A stretch of 64,000 nt of DNA from Hemiscyllium ocellatum (Eukaryota), in assembly GCF_020745735.1 (NCBI RefSeq), contig NC_083439.1:30580596-30644595 (forward strand), read 5' to 3'. Positions 52,328 through 64,000 of this stretch are shown here, in pieces. The notes beneath the pieces are model-generated. The model saw only the letters and a list, made by a program, of their open reading frames with translations. It was not told where the DNA came from and did no database searches. How positions within the stretch are numbered: the first letter of the stretch is position 1; each line of letters starts with the position of its first letter. The translations under genes and the position numbers were made by a program.

Positions 52328-52617
52328 GCACAGCTAGACAGGCAGGAGGCTGGAAGAACACAGCAAGCCAGGCAGCAAAAGGAGGTGGAGAAGTCAACAT
52401 TTCGGGTGTAACCTTTCTTCAGGACTGGGGGTGGGTTTAGGAGGAACTGCTGATAAGGGGGGAGGCAGGGAAAGGGTGGTCAAATGGGGATATGTAGAGG
52501 GTATGACCTGGTTGGTCAATGGGAGGAATGAATCCAGTTGGTGACAGGGAGGAGTGGAAGGGGCTGGGAAGAGAGTCGGGTCACGGGGAGGGAGGTTTTT
52601 GGAAATTAGAGAACTCA
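52328..52617 (-). mobile_element. Penelope-like 3' end of a second family, with a hammerhead at 52392-52426
   Basis: AGUC-CUGAAGA-A-AGGU-UAC-ACCC-GAAA-UGUU-GACU, with stem I AGUC/GACU. Confidence 0.7.
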
Positions 52618-52887
52618 AACAGGACAGTTTTGGGAACAAAATGTGAGTACTTAAGTGAGATATAGTGGTGTTGTGTTGGACTTTGGTTGCAGTTATTGGT
52701 TCATTCTGAATGAATGGTAATCTCATTACAGTTAAAGCCCATTTTATGCATTACTTTACTCACAGGTTCATAAATGTAGTCATGTGAAGTGGAGAATGTG
52801 AGGTGGGGCTGCGGTTGACAGTGAGGGTGCAGTTTACAAATGTGCACACATTAAATGTATTTTCTGGAAAACAGGGAAAAAAAGTGC

Positions 52888-53081
52888 ATATAGAGTTATA
52901 CAGCACAGAAACAGACCCTTTAGTCCTATTTGTCCATGCCATCTAGATATTCTAAATTAACCTAGTCCCACCTGCCAGCACCCGGTCCATATCCCTCCAA
53001 ATCCTTCCTATTCATGTACCCATCCAGATGCTTTTTAAATGATGCAATTGTACCAGCCTCCACCACTTCCTGTGGCAGCTC

Positions 53082-53143
<62 letters not shown>

Positions 53144-54113
53144 ATGTTACGGTGGCTCAGTGGTTAGCACAGCCTCGGGTGACTGTCTGTGTGGAATTTG
53201 TACATTCTCTGTGGGTTTGCTCCGGGTGCTCCAGTTCCCCCCCAACAGTCCAAAGATGTGCAGGTCAGGTGAATTGGCCATGCTAAATTGCATTAGTCAG
53301 GGGGAAATGGGTCTGGGTGAGTTACTCTTCGGAGGGTCAGTGTGGACTTGTTGGGCCAAAGAGCCTGTTTCCACACTGTTGGGAATCTAATCTAATTCCC
53401 TTTTAAATCTCTACTCTCTCACCCGAAACATATGTCCTCTAGTTTTGGACTTCCCCAGGGAAAAGACCTTGGCTATACAACCTACCCATGCACCTCATGG
53501 TTTTATATTTTCTCTCATGCTCAGCATCCAATGCTCCAGTGAAAATAGCCCCAGCCTATTCAGCTATGCCCTTCAAGCCCTCCAATCCTGGCAACATCCT
53601 TGTAATTTAAATCTTTACTGGACTCTTTCAAGTTTCACAACATCTTTCCTATACTATGGGGAGAACGCTGGTAAGTGGAGTTGAAATGCCAATCAGCCAT
53701 GATTGAATGGCGGAGTGGACTCGATGGGCCGAATGGCCTTACTTCCACTCCTATGTCTTATGGTCTATAGGAGGGAGACCTATAGGTCCAAAAGTGGCCT
53801 AACCAATGTCCTGTACAGCCACAACATGACCTTCCAACTTCTATATTCAACGTTCTAACTAATAAAGGCTAGCATACCGAACACTTTCTTCCTTCTCCTG
53901 TCTACCTGCAACTCCATTTTCAACAATTGTGAACCTGCACCTCAAGATCTCTTTGTTCAGCAAAGGGCCTTACCATTTGGTGTATACGTCCTGGCCTGAT
54001 TTGTCTTTCCAAAATGCAGCATCTCACATTTATCTAAATTAAACTCCATCTGCCACTCCTTGATCCATTTGCCCATCTGATGAAGATCCGGTTATACTCT
54101 GAGGTAATCTTCT
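52888..54113 (-). mobile_element. CR1 3' fragment interrupted by (CA)n at 53085-53139, a V-SINE at 53146-53396 and another LINE tail
   Basis: Colinear with 46612-47480 on either side of the nested insertions. Confidence 0.8.
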
Positions 54114-54649
54114 TGTTGTTAATTCCACAATCAGTACGAAGTAAAGGGTAACATGTTTTAGGAAGTGTTAGACTCGCAATCCATGATTCATATCGTTAAT
54201 TATAACTTGTCACTGGACCAGGATTCTGAAGCTCATCACCAAACACCATGAGGACCAGAGAGTGATGGGCAATAAATGCTTGCATTGCCAAAGTCCAGGA
54301 GAATTTATCTTTTAAAACTAGAATATTTTTAGTTAAGGTGCTAGCAGGGGTACTGATGTATATCATATTTTAAAAGCCTAAAGACTGAGGATTATAGAAC
54401 ATGGGGAGTATTTGAATGCAGAATTCAGGACCACAAACAGTTGGTGAAGCAAAGTCCATGCACTCCTAGAAAATAGCAGCACAGGAACAGGCCCTTCAGC
54501 CCATCATGTCTGTACAAGGAAGTCGGACGATTGTCAAAAAGATGAAAGGAGAGGAGGAGCGAGCAGGCAAGAGAACAAGATTAGACAATTGGTGAGGAAG
54601 AATGCTGCCACTATTGGAACAAATGATCTGTTATGTGCTGGAAGGTTCT

Positions 54650-55990
54650 AGAATCGACTGAACGTGGCATCAAGGAGCCCAGCAAAATTTGAATCAATTG
54701 CTATCAAAAAGCAAACTCTCTGCAGGTTCAAAACACACCCTCTACATAGGATGATCGTTAAGATTGTTGGAGATCAGTCATCTCAGTTCCAGGATATCTC
54801 TGCAGGAGTTCCACTGGGTAATGTCTTTGGCCCAACCATCTTCAATTGCTTCATCAATAACCTTCCTTCCAACATAAGGTCAGAAGTGGAGATATTTGTC
54901 AATGATTGCAAAATGTTCAGCACCATTCATGAATCCTCAGATACTGAAGCAGTCCATGTTCAAATGCAACAAGATTTGGACAATATTCAGGCTTGGGCTG
55001 ACAAGTTGCAAGTCCGAAGATGTGCAAGTTAGGTTGATTGGCCATGCTAAATTGCCCATAGTGGCCAGGAATGCATAGGTTAGTTGGATTAGCCATGGGA
55101 AATGCAGGGTTATAGCATTAGAATAGTGGGGTGAGTCTGAGTGGGAAGCTCTTCGGACAGTCAGTGTGGACATTTTGGGCAGAATGGCCTGTTTCCACAC
55201 TGTAGGGATTCTATGATTCTATGAACATCTGTACCAGACAAATGCCAGGTAATGACTATCTTCAGTAAGAGACAGTTTAACCACCGTCCCATGTCATTCA
55301 ATGGCGTTACCATCACTGAATCTCTTACTATCAGCATCCCAGGGGTTACCATTCACCAGAAACTTAGCCGGACCCACAGCATAAGCACTGTGGCTACAAG
55401 AGCAGGTCAGTGGCTAGGAATACTGTGGTGCATAACTCATCTCCTGACTCACCAAAGCCTGTCCACCATCTACCAGGCACACGTCAGAAGTGTGATGGAA
55501 TACTCCCCACTTGTCTGGATGGGTACAGCCCCAACAACGCTCAAGAAGCCTGACACCATCCAGGACAAAGCAGCCCTCTTGACTGGCATACATCCACAAA
55601 CATCCTCTCCCTCCACAACCGATGTTCAGTAGCAGCAGTGTGTACTGTCTGTAAGATGCACTGCAGAAATTCAAAGGTCCTTAGAGGGCACTTTCCAAAC
55701 CCATGTTCACTTCCAAGTAGAGGGACAAGGGGAGCAGATACATGGGAACATCACCACTTGCAGGTTCTCCTCCAAGCCATTCACCATCCTGACTTGGAAA
55801 TATATCACAATTTCTTCACTTCACTAGGTCAATTTCCTTGAATTCCCTCCCTAACGGCATTGTGGGTCAACCTACAGCACATGGACCGCAGTTGTTCAGG
55901 AATGCCGTTTACCACCACTTCTCAAGGGCAACTAGGGACTGGCGATAAATGCTGGCCAGTTAGCAATGCCCACAACCAAAGAGTGAATAT
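54650..55990 (+). mobile_element. CR1/L2-group LINE RT and 3' UTR fragment (second family) with a nested SINE at 55012-55222
   Basis: ISAGVPLGNVFGPTIFNCFINNLP, IFVNDC (degenerate FADD), YQAHVRSVMEYSPLVW. Related minus-strand pieces at ~110-705, 15590-16990 and 51965-52190. Confidence 0.85.
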
Positions 55991-58502
55991 AAAAAATGCC
56001 ACTCATATTGCCATTGGAATGAAACTTCACCATAATATAACCAAGTAATCAGATAGTGAATGTAGCAGGAACATCATTCTTCAGAATGCAGTGAGAATGT
56101 AGAACATACTATCAATAAATACTATACATACACGTAAGTGAATGTTAGAAAAGCACCTGAGGGAGAAGCAGATAGAGGGCCCTGTTGTTCAGGTAGAAAA
56201 GGAAGGATTGAGGAAGGCTCTGACAGAACATAAATGCTTGTAAGGACTGGTTGGATCTATTGGCTAATTTCTTTGCTATCTATTCTGTGAATGTAATGTA
56301 AAAGATTACTTCCTGTTACAATTGGTTGCAGTGAGCATCAAAAGGACGTAAGAAACAGAAACAGAAGTTGGTCATTTAGCCCTCCATCATTGCTGAACCA
56401 CTCAATACTATCATGGCTGACTTCCAAATCAATTTCTTTATCATTTGCTCTCCCCATATCCCCTAATATCTGAGACTCCTCAAACCCAATGACCCTTGTG
56501 TCAAATATATTCAACTTCTGTGCGCCACTGGGATGGAGAATTCCAAAGACCCACAATGCTTCAAGTGAAGAGATTGCCTTTACATATGTATCTAGACACT
56601 GTCTCCTTTATGAAATAACTGAAAGGATGGAGAAATTCCTTGTTGCATTCTTCAATCAATGTCAACTTGACAACTAATCAACATCCCTTTTCATCCAGTC
56701 TAAATTATTATTCTCTTTGAAATATGATATTCTTGCATCTGTTCTGATGCATGCAAGATGAAACACTTCAACAGCAGTCCTCTTTTTCATCAAAACTCAA
56801 AAATGTGATTATTTAAAAACAATAAAATTTTGAATGCAAGTTAAATCCTTAAAACACAATATTGATGACATAAAAGCACTTTTATTGGCATGAGGTGACA
56901 CATTGAAATTGGCAAACTAGATTTCAGCTCTAACTTTCAATGCCTAGGTTTCCCGGGTAGAGAGGACAATTGGGTCATCAAATCAGATGTTTGAAGTAAA
57001 ATCAGAAAAGAACAGGTGCAAAGACAGTGAAGACCACACCAAATCTCGTGTTTCTTTGAGAGTCAACACAAAATCCCAGCAGTTCCTCTGACTCAGAGGC
57101 CAACACATGTGACTAAGGGAGAAAACAAGGACTATTTTTGCCAAATTACAGAGTTAAGTACCTCGAATTCTATCTCACTTTATATCAGCTTCAGTTCACC
57201 CATCACCATAGAGTTTACCGAAATAAAATTGTTTTCCAGGACATCTTAACATCCATTTCAACCTCTTCATCCTGGTATTTAATCCTGCATGACCTCAGTC
57301 TCCCTCTCTCTCTCTTTGCTCTAATCTTGTCTGGCTCCACAATCCACTGCAATCTCTGCACATCTTCAACACTGGTCATAAGCATGTCCAGTTTTCACCA
57401 GTCCACTAGCCGTACCTTCAGCTATTGGCATCATAGCTCTGGAATGTCATCTATGAAACTCTCCAACCTTCAACCTGTCATTACCTCTTTTCATCAACCT
57501 TTTGCTCACCAGTCCAAACAACACCTGAGGTGGCTGTAACAATTCTTTTGACAACGCACCAATAAAGCACCTTGGAATCATTTGCTATTTAAAGGTACTA
57601 CATAAATGCACAGTATTGTTGACTATTTCAGGAACTGTTGAATATTCCACCAACTGATTTTCTTCCTTGTTTGTGAAGCTGAACTGTGAAAGAATGCTGT
57701 GTTGGTCCATCATAGTTGAGACTTTCATATGTGATGTGTGGGTTTGAGTCTGAACATTTGGATGATCATTATGATGCTCTGACTGAAATCGCCAGCAGCT
57801 AAATCAGTCCCCGGTGACAGCATTCCTTAGCAAGTGGGCAAAGGCGATGAGAAGGAAGAAATATAATTGACAGAAGAAGACTGAAATAATTGGAATGCTT
57901 TACAACAAATTAAATCTGCCCGGGGAGTCAATTAGCATCAAACCCAACAATCCCTCTTAATATTCAAAGTACGTTTTGTGCTTCCTATCACATTACCGAC
58001 ATGAAAAGAAACTTTGGAAAAGTATAGCAGAACCATGGAAAATGACAAGTTGGTACGGGTTTTAGAAATTCACAATCTATATATTATTAAATATCTTATG
58101 TTGAAGTACCCTTTGTGTCTGCAAATCTTATTCCTTATTGTCATATTCTTCAGTCACATTTCTCTAGTCAATATTTATTATTGTTGTGTGAACAATTCCT
58201 GATAAATGTTGTCATGTCATGATGGAGTTGCAGGCTTTGGCCACAAACTGTCTCTCTGAAGTGATTTTCTGAATTCTCTCTCCCAAATGCAGCACCATTG
58301 TGTACAGTGTCAACTGACTGGGAGCAATTCAACAAACAATTTACTTACATGCAATCCAACACCTAAGAGCCATGTTTGCTTTTGAAATACTACAATGGTT
58401 CTGAAAAAGATTTATTTGAGTGCAATATAAAAGTCTGAGAAAGGAAACAAGTGTATGTCTTTGAATACACTGCAATGACATTGATTGCGAGCTGCCCAGG
58501 AT

Positions 58503-58820
58503 ATAGAGTCATAGAGATGTACAGCATGGATCAGACTCTATGGTCCAACATGTCCTTGCCGACCAGATATCCTAATTTAATCTATGCTCATTTGCTAGCA
58601 TTTGGCCCATATCCCCTTTAACCCTTCTTATTCATATAGCCATCTAGATGTCTTTTAAATGTTGTAAATGTACCAGCCACCACCACTTCCTCTGGCAGCT
58701 CATTCCATACACACACCACCCTCTGTGTGAAGAAGTTGCCCCTTAGGTCCCTTTTAAATCTTTCCCCTTTCACCTTAAACCTATGTCCTCTAGTTTTAGA
58801 CTCCCCTAACCTGGGTAAAA
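58503..58820 (-). mobile_element. CR1 3' end fragment
   Basis: Matches 46612-46940. Confidence 0.85.
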
Positions 58821-59081
58821 TCCTGAGTTAAGTTCTTGCCGATTGTAGCTATCTTCCCTCGGATTGACAAGTGCTGTGTACTTTACAAATTAATGAAAAA
58901 AAACTCCTTTGAAACTATAATGCTGGACGTACTAATGTATTATTATCTTGGCTATAAATTGGAATGTTATACATTTATAGACAGTAGGATAAAAAAGGAC
59001 ACACAATCAATTGACTATTCCCTCGAGGGAGTAGGTGGGTAGACTACTCCTATCTAATCTCTGTTGAATTTATCACAGACC

Positions 59082-59206
59082 AACCACCTGATGAAGGAGC
59101 GTCATTCCGAAAGCTAGTGCTTCCAATTAAACCTGTTGGACTATAACCTGGTGTTGTGTGATTTGTAACTTTGTACACCCCAGTCCAACACCGGCATCTG
59201 CAAATC
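59082..59206 (+). mobile_element. 125-bp Penelope-like insertion (family B) with a hammerhead at 59085-59119
   Basis: CAC-CUGAUGA-A-GGAGC-GUC-AUUCC-GAAA-GCUA-GUG. TSD atcacagacc at 59072-59081 and 59207-59216. Confidence 0.8.
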
Positions 59207-59328
59207 ATCACAGACCTCAAACCTCAAAGGACCTCCTATTTGCAGCTTACTTGTACAAATTACTAAATCATGGGCAGCACACAGTATTCAGTAGGTAGAT
59301 CTTTTCCAGTCAGGCTTTGGATTTAAAC

Positions 59329-60063
59329 TGTAGGATATAGGTAAAGTAGTGTTACTTCTGCAATTATAATTACTTATACAAAGTAAATGAACTCACACCA
59401 GTGTGTAATTGTTTCAGCCAAGAGCTGAGTCAACAAGAATGGAAACTATGTGGAGGAAATACATAATTGTTTTTGTATTAGCTAAAATTGTATGCAAGAA
59501 TGAAACGTGACTGCAAAACAATGGTAGATATTACAGACGAATAGATAAGATGCTGTGAGGGGAGGCAGTTAAGCTAGATACGCCTGTACAAACAGTAGGT
59601 ATAAACATCTGTTTCCCACATATACAGAAACACAAGAACAAACCCCAATTAAAAGAGTCATGAGGAACAGTATGTTAGGGGAAGGCACAGGTGGAGGGAG
59701 TAGATAATGATAAGGAAAGGATATGCCTAACAATGACCCACTGCGGGATGAGGTCAAATGGCCTTGTGAGGCCAGAAATAAGCATTTTGGCACAGACAAG
59801 GCCGGATAAGGCAAGAGATAAGCAGGAGTAATGGGTGCTGGTCTTAGGGAAGTGGAAGATGTAAACAGGGGAGGAGCAATGAAATAAAAAAATAGAAACC
59901 AAGTTATATAAATATCGAGTATTAATTGAATTCGGTGTGCGTGTCCCTTGCCTTGTAGACAGTGGACATCACACCCTCTTGCAAGAGTAAAATAAAGGAC
60001 ACTACTGATTCAGATTTTGTCTCGGACTGAAATTATTGAAGTGTGTGAGCTTAGTTTCTCACA
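59329..60063 (+). mobile_element. Solo LTR, 735 bp
   Basis: TG...CA termini, 4-bp TSD aaac (59325-59328 and 60064-60067), TATATAAA at 59905 and AATAAA at 59991 in U3-R-U5 order. Confidence 0.7.
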
Positions 60064-60153
60064 AAACCCTGCTCCTGTGTGACTCTCCAGCCCAGTGGAG
60101 GCAACACTGCACTGTCAGAGACATACTCTTTCAGGTGGAATGTTAAGCTGAGA

Positions 60154-60649
60154 CAACACTCTGCTGAAGATATGCAGGTCCTGGGCCTCCTCCATCGCTG
60201 TTCCCTCACTACCCGACGCCTGAAGGAAGAACATCTCATTTTCCGCCTCGGAACACTTCAACCCCAGAGCATCAATGTGGATTTCACCAGTTTCCTCAAT
60301 TCCCCTCCCCCGACCTTACCCCAGTTTCATCCTTCCAGCTCAGCACCATCACCATGACCTATCCTACCTGCCAATCTCCCTTCCCACCTATCCACTCCAC
60401 CCTCTCCTCTGACCTATCACCTCCATCCCCATCCCCATTCACCTATTGTACTCTTTGCTATCTTCTCCCCAACTCCACCCCACATTTATCTCTCTACCCT
60501 GGAGGCTTCCAGCCTCTATTCCTGATGAAAGGCTTTTACCCGAAACATTGATTTTCCTGCTCCTCGGATACTGCCTGACCTGCTGTGCTTTTCCAGCACC
60601 ACTCTGATCTAAACTCTGGTTTCCAGCATCTGCAGTCCTCACTTTTTCC
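60154..60649 (+). mobile_element. 5'-truncated Penelope-like element (GIY-YIG C-terminus and pLTR) inserted into a Deu-domain SINE
   Basis: HSAEDMQVLGLLHR...RRLKEEHLIFRLGTLQPQSINVDF. Degenerate hammerhead at 60518-60553. TSD aagctgaga at 60145-60153 and 60650-60658. Confidence 0.88.
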
Positions 60650-61181
60650 AAGCTGAGATGTCAGCTGAATGTTTAAACGAACTCACAAACGCCCCAGGCA
60701 CCATTTGAGGCAGAGCAGAGAAGCCTCCCCCGAGTTGAGGCCATTAACCAGTATCACCAAACAAAAAGACTGATTGATGACTGTATTTATTGCCCTGTTA
60801 TTTGTATGCAGATTGGCTGTCTTATCTACCTTGATAACATTGAGTGCACTTTGAAAGTTATTAATTGCTAAATATTTTAAATGGCCTGAAGATATAAGGG
60901 CACTTTGCTAAAACAAGCTGTTCATTATCTTGCAAGGCCTGTGCACTTGGGAGTTACAACTGTGATCAAGATGAAGATTATAATTTAGAAGAGAAATTGA
61001 AACATCAAACACTAGAGCAAATAGTAAAATATTGACTGAGCTTTAGGGAGTGTTGTTAAAGTGTATCTATTAGCATGGATTTGCACCAATATCCATTTGT
61101 TACTCCAACTGGAGTAGTTTATGAAGCTTATTATTATCTGTTATGAAATAATTTTATGCAAAGGTGGTCTGAAATGAAAGA

Positions 61182-61456
61182 CCAATTTTTGAATACAACT
61201 TTTAAAAAAAGGGTTTTGTGATTTACACATGAAAGAAGTGAAACTATCACTGTATTCTAACAGATGAAAGGCTTAACAGACAATCAATTTTTCAATGTAT
61301 AATTTCAGTTACATCACACTGCAAATTTTTGCTATAAATTCTGTGTTACGATCGAGTCCTCCATAATCACCTGATGAAGGAGCGTTGCTCCGAAAGCTAG
61401 TGTGTTTCCAATTAAACCTGTTGGACTATAACCTGGTGTTGTGTGATTTTTAACTT
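61182..61456 (+). mobile_element. 275-bp Penelope-like insertion (family B)
   Basis: Shares about 90 bp with 59085-59172. 12-bp TSD tgaaatgaaaga at 61170-61181 and 61457-61468. Confidence 0.8.
61368..61402 (+). ncRNA. Minimal type-I hammerhead ribozyme motif (best-preserved copy)
   Basis: CAC-CUGAUGA-A-GGAGC-GUU-GCUCC-GAAA-GCUA-GUG. Perfect 5-bp stem II, stem I CAC/GUG, palindromic AGCU stem III, UA cleavage site. Confidence 0.82.
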
Positions 61457-64000
61457 TGAAATGAAAGAGATTGTCAATATGAGGGACACAGCAGCAGATG
61501 GCATGAGTTATTACTCTGAGAGATACAGTGCCGACTGGGTGGGGAGATAGCAGTCAATAAGAGAACAAAAGGACAAGGCCAAATATTTCAAACACTTCTG
61601 GCCAAACATGTCCAAGTAGTTATCATTTGAAATAACTACAAAAAAAACTTACAGAAACATTCATGAATTGCTTCATGCTTGCATTCTTGCTTATGTTAAA
61701 CTGAATGCCTTTCCAAATTATGCAACAGAATAAAGCCTCACAGTACCATCAAGTTCAAATTTCTCTTTAATGATAAGGTAAGGTAAAGTAAATGCATTTG
61801 TTTTTTATAAAGCAGTTTTTACTCAGAAACTTCATGGATCCAGAGAGCTCAAAGTTACCAAAACAATCACCCGCACAGTCATTAGTCTCTTGTCATCTTT
61901 TAATTTAAAACCATTGGTATTTGGATAAAAACTATATAATTGAATGTTTCTGTCTGTTGTTTTGCATGTTCCACAGGTTATAGATATGCAGACAAAGCCG
62001 GTCTAACTCATGAACACTCCACACCAAGCAGCAACGAAGGAGCAAAGTCTTGTTAGGCACAAGCAGTAATGTTGCAGATTGACAATATGGTCCTCTAAAC
62101 AAAAATGACGTAGAAATTGATAACCTAAATTTCATTTAAAACTTCCAGCTGTTTTTGATATAGGATTTGATGCAATTATTTGTCATTGATAAATAATAGA
62201 AAGAGAGAAAGGACATTTGAGTTCTTTGCTGTTTCTGTTCCTCTTACCCTTGTGTCCAATCCTAGCATTCAATTCCCTCAAATACTTAGCTAGCTTCCTT
62301 GTCCATCATATTACCTAAAGCAGACAAGCAGGAGGCTTGTCTCACCCATTCCCTGCAGCAGAGAACTCCACAACCAAACCATTTTCTGACAAAAGAAAGT
62401 GCTCTTGATGTTCCCACTGGTCTTAGTATACTCATTAGTAACATCCACCCTGGGGCATTTTAATCTGTAAGTAGGTCTGTATAAATGCAAATTGTTGTTA
62501 TTATTGTCTTCAATTTATGGTTTCCTCAGAAGTGGGAGTATCTTCTCAATTTCTACGCAATTAAATGCTTCCATAATCCTAGAGTCACCCCCCGCTCAGC
62601 TTTATCTTTCCGAGAGAAAAGAGTCCCAACCTGTTCAGCCTCTGAGGAGGTTCGTGATGTGCTAATAATTCAGAGGTACAGGCTAATGCTCTGGGGATTT
62701 TGATTCAAATCCCAGCACAGTGCTGGAATTTAAATTCAATTAATTCATCCAGAGTTGATAGCTAATCTTGGTAATGGTGACAATGATAGCAATCATCAAA
62801 ATGGTGGGAAAACCCATCATGAAAGTAAATGTGCTGGCCTTACTTAGTCTAACTGACATGTCACTTCAAATGGGTTTATGACCTGCCCCTCAAAAGCCAT
62901 TCAGCTTAAGGAGAATGAGGGATAGATTACAAATTTGGTACATATTAAATTTTATCTGGACTGGGCAAGACTTTGATGCAGGGAGATGTTTCCCCTGGTT
63001 GGGGGGGGTCTAGAACCAGAGATCACAGTCTTAGGATACAGGGCAGACCATTTTGGACTGAGATGAGGAAATATTTCTTCAATCAAAGGGTATTGAACCT
63101 GTGAATTCTCTGTCACAGAAGGCAGTGGAGCCAAGTTACAGAGCGTAGTCAAAGAAAGAGATAGATAGATACATTTCTAGATTTTAAAAGTATCAAGAAG
63201 AAAAGGAAGAAAGTGGGAATATTGCATCAAGATACAGGATCAGCAATGTTCCTGTTGAGTTGTGGAGCAGGCTAGAGGGGCCGATTGGCCTGCATCTACT
63301 CCTAGTTTCTTTTGTTTCTAAATGCTGGCCTTAGCCGTGTCCCTCACATCTCGTGCAAGTATAAGGCTCACTTCATGTTAAGAGTTCTGGCAGCATCCTG
63401 ACAAATGTTTCTTTGCACATTTCCAGGGTTTCTGCATTGCATTTATAAAATGCAGTCCAGAACTGTGCAACGTACACCAATGGTTGTCGAACCAAGCTCC
63501 TGCTACACATCGTAATGCAAGTAGCATGCAACCTACAGTCAGGCAGATTTAGGCACATCTCAAACCTCAAAAATCCAATCCCTCAAAGTCTCGGTGTCTC
63601 AATCCGATTTCTGCTTTGTTGCAGATTTGATAGATTATTCAATCTTGAAACGCATCAACTTCCCAAGTATGTATCACAAGTTGGTACCAATAGTCCAACG
63701 AAAACTTGCAGCCCGCAAATACAGTCTCCACATCCCCCCATATAATGTTCTCCATTTATGAGCACGGGAAAAAGAAATTTCAAAACAGGTTTCTCCAAAG
63801 AGTGCTGAAATGTAATGAAGAACCATGCAGGCTTTTCAGTGTCATGAAGCTGTTGGATGTGTGTATAAAGAATGTAAACAGATAAGGTTAAACTACTTTG
63901 GCCTTGCGCAACTGAAGCAAAACGAGTGCAGGGAAGGTGAAGGTGTGCCAAGATATTGTTGCCTGTCAGTCTGGTAAATTTCTGCCATTGCTTCGTCACA

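Overview
This is eukaryotic, intron-rich vertebrate DNA. The repeat complement (V-SINE/HE1-like tRNA SINEs, CR1 LINEs, Deu-domain SINEs, Penelope) points to a cartilaginous fish, most likely a shark. The only host gene is a class-4 semaphorin (SEMA4B-like) on the minus strand. Six consecutive Sema-domain exons lie at 12871-20732, with GT-AG junctions and matching phases. I found neither the signal-peptide exon nor the downstream exons, so the rest of the window is probably intronic. The other ORFs in the track are repeat- or transposon-derived. Most notable: (1) a dozen or more minimal type-I hammerhead ribozyme motifs from at least three Penelope-like families, with compensatory stem changes between families; many sit in very short, often palindromic, TSD-flanked non-autonomous insertions; (2) an apparently full-length, TSD-flanked ~1.7 kb LINE-1 derivative with an intact ORF1 and no ORF2 (HAL1-like); (3) a 3.3 kb 30-bp minisatellite with higher-order structure and an older 29-bp relative 1.3-2 kb away; (4) a 41-bp inverted templated copy of nearby DNA inside a Penelope insertion; (5) a solo LTR and a Tc1/mariner MITE. 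All calls come from reading the sequence by eye; no database searches or folding were run.
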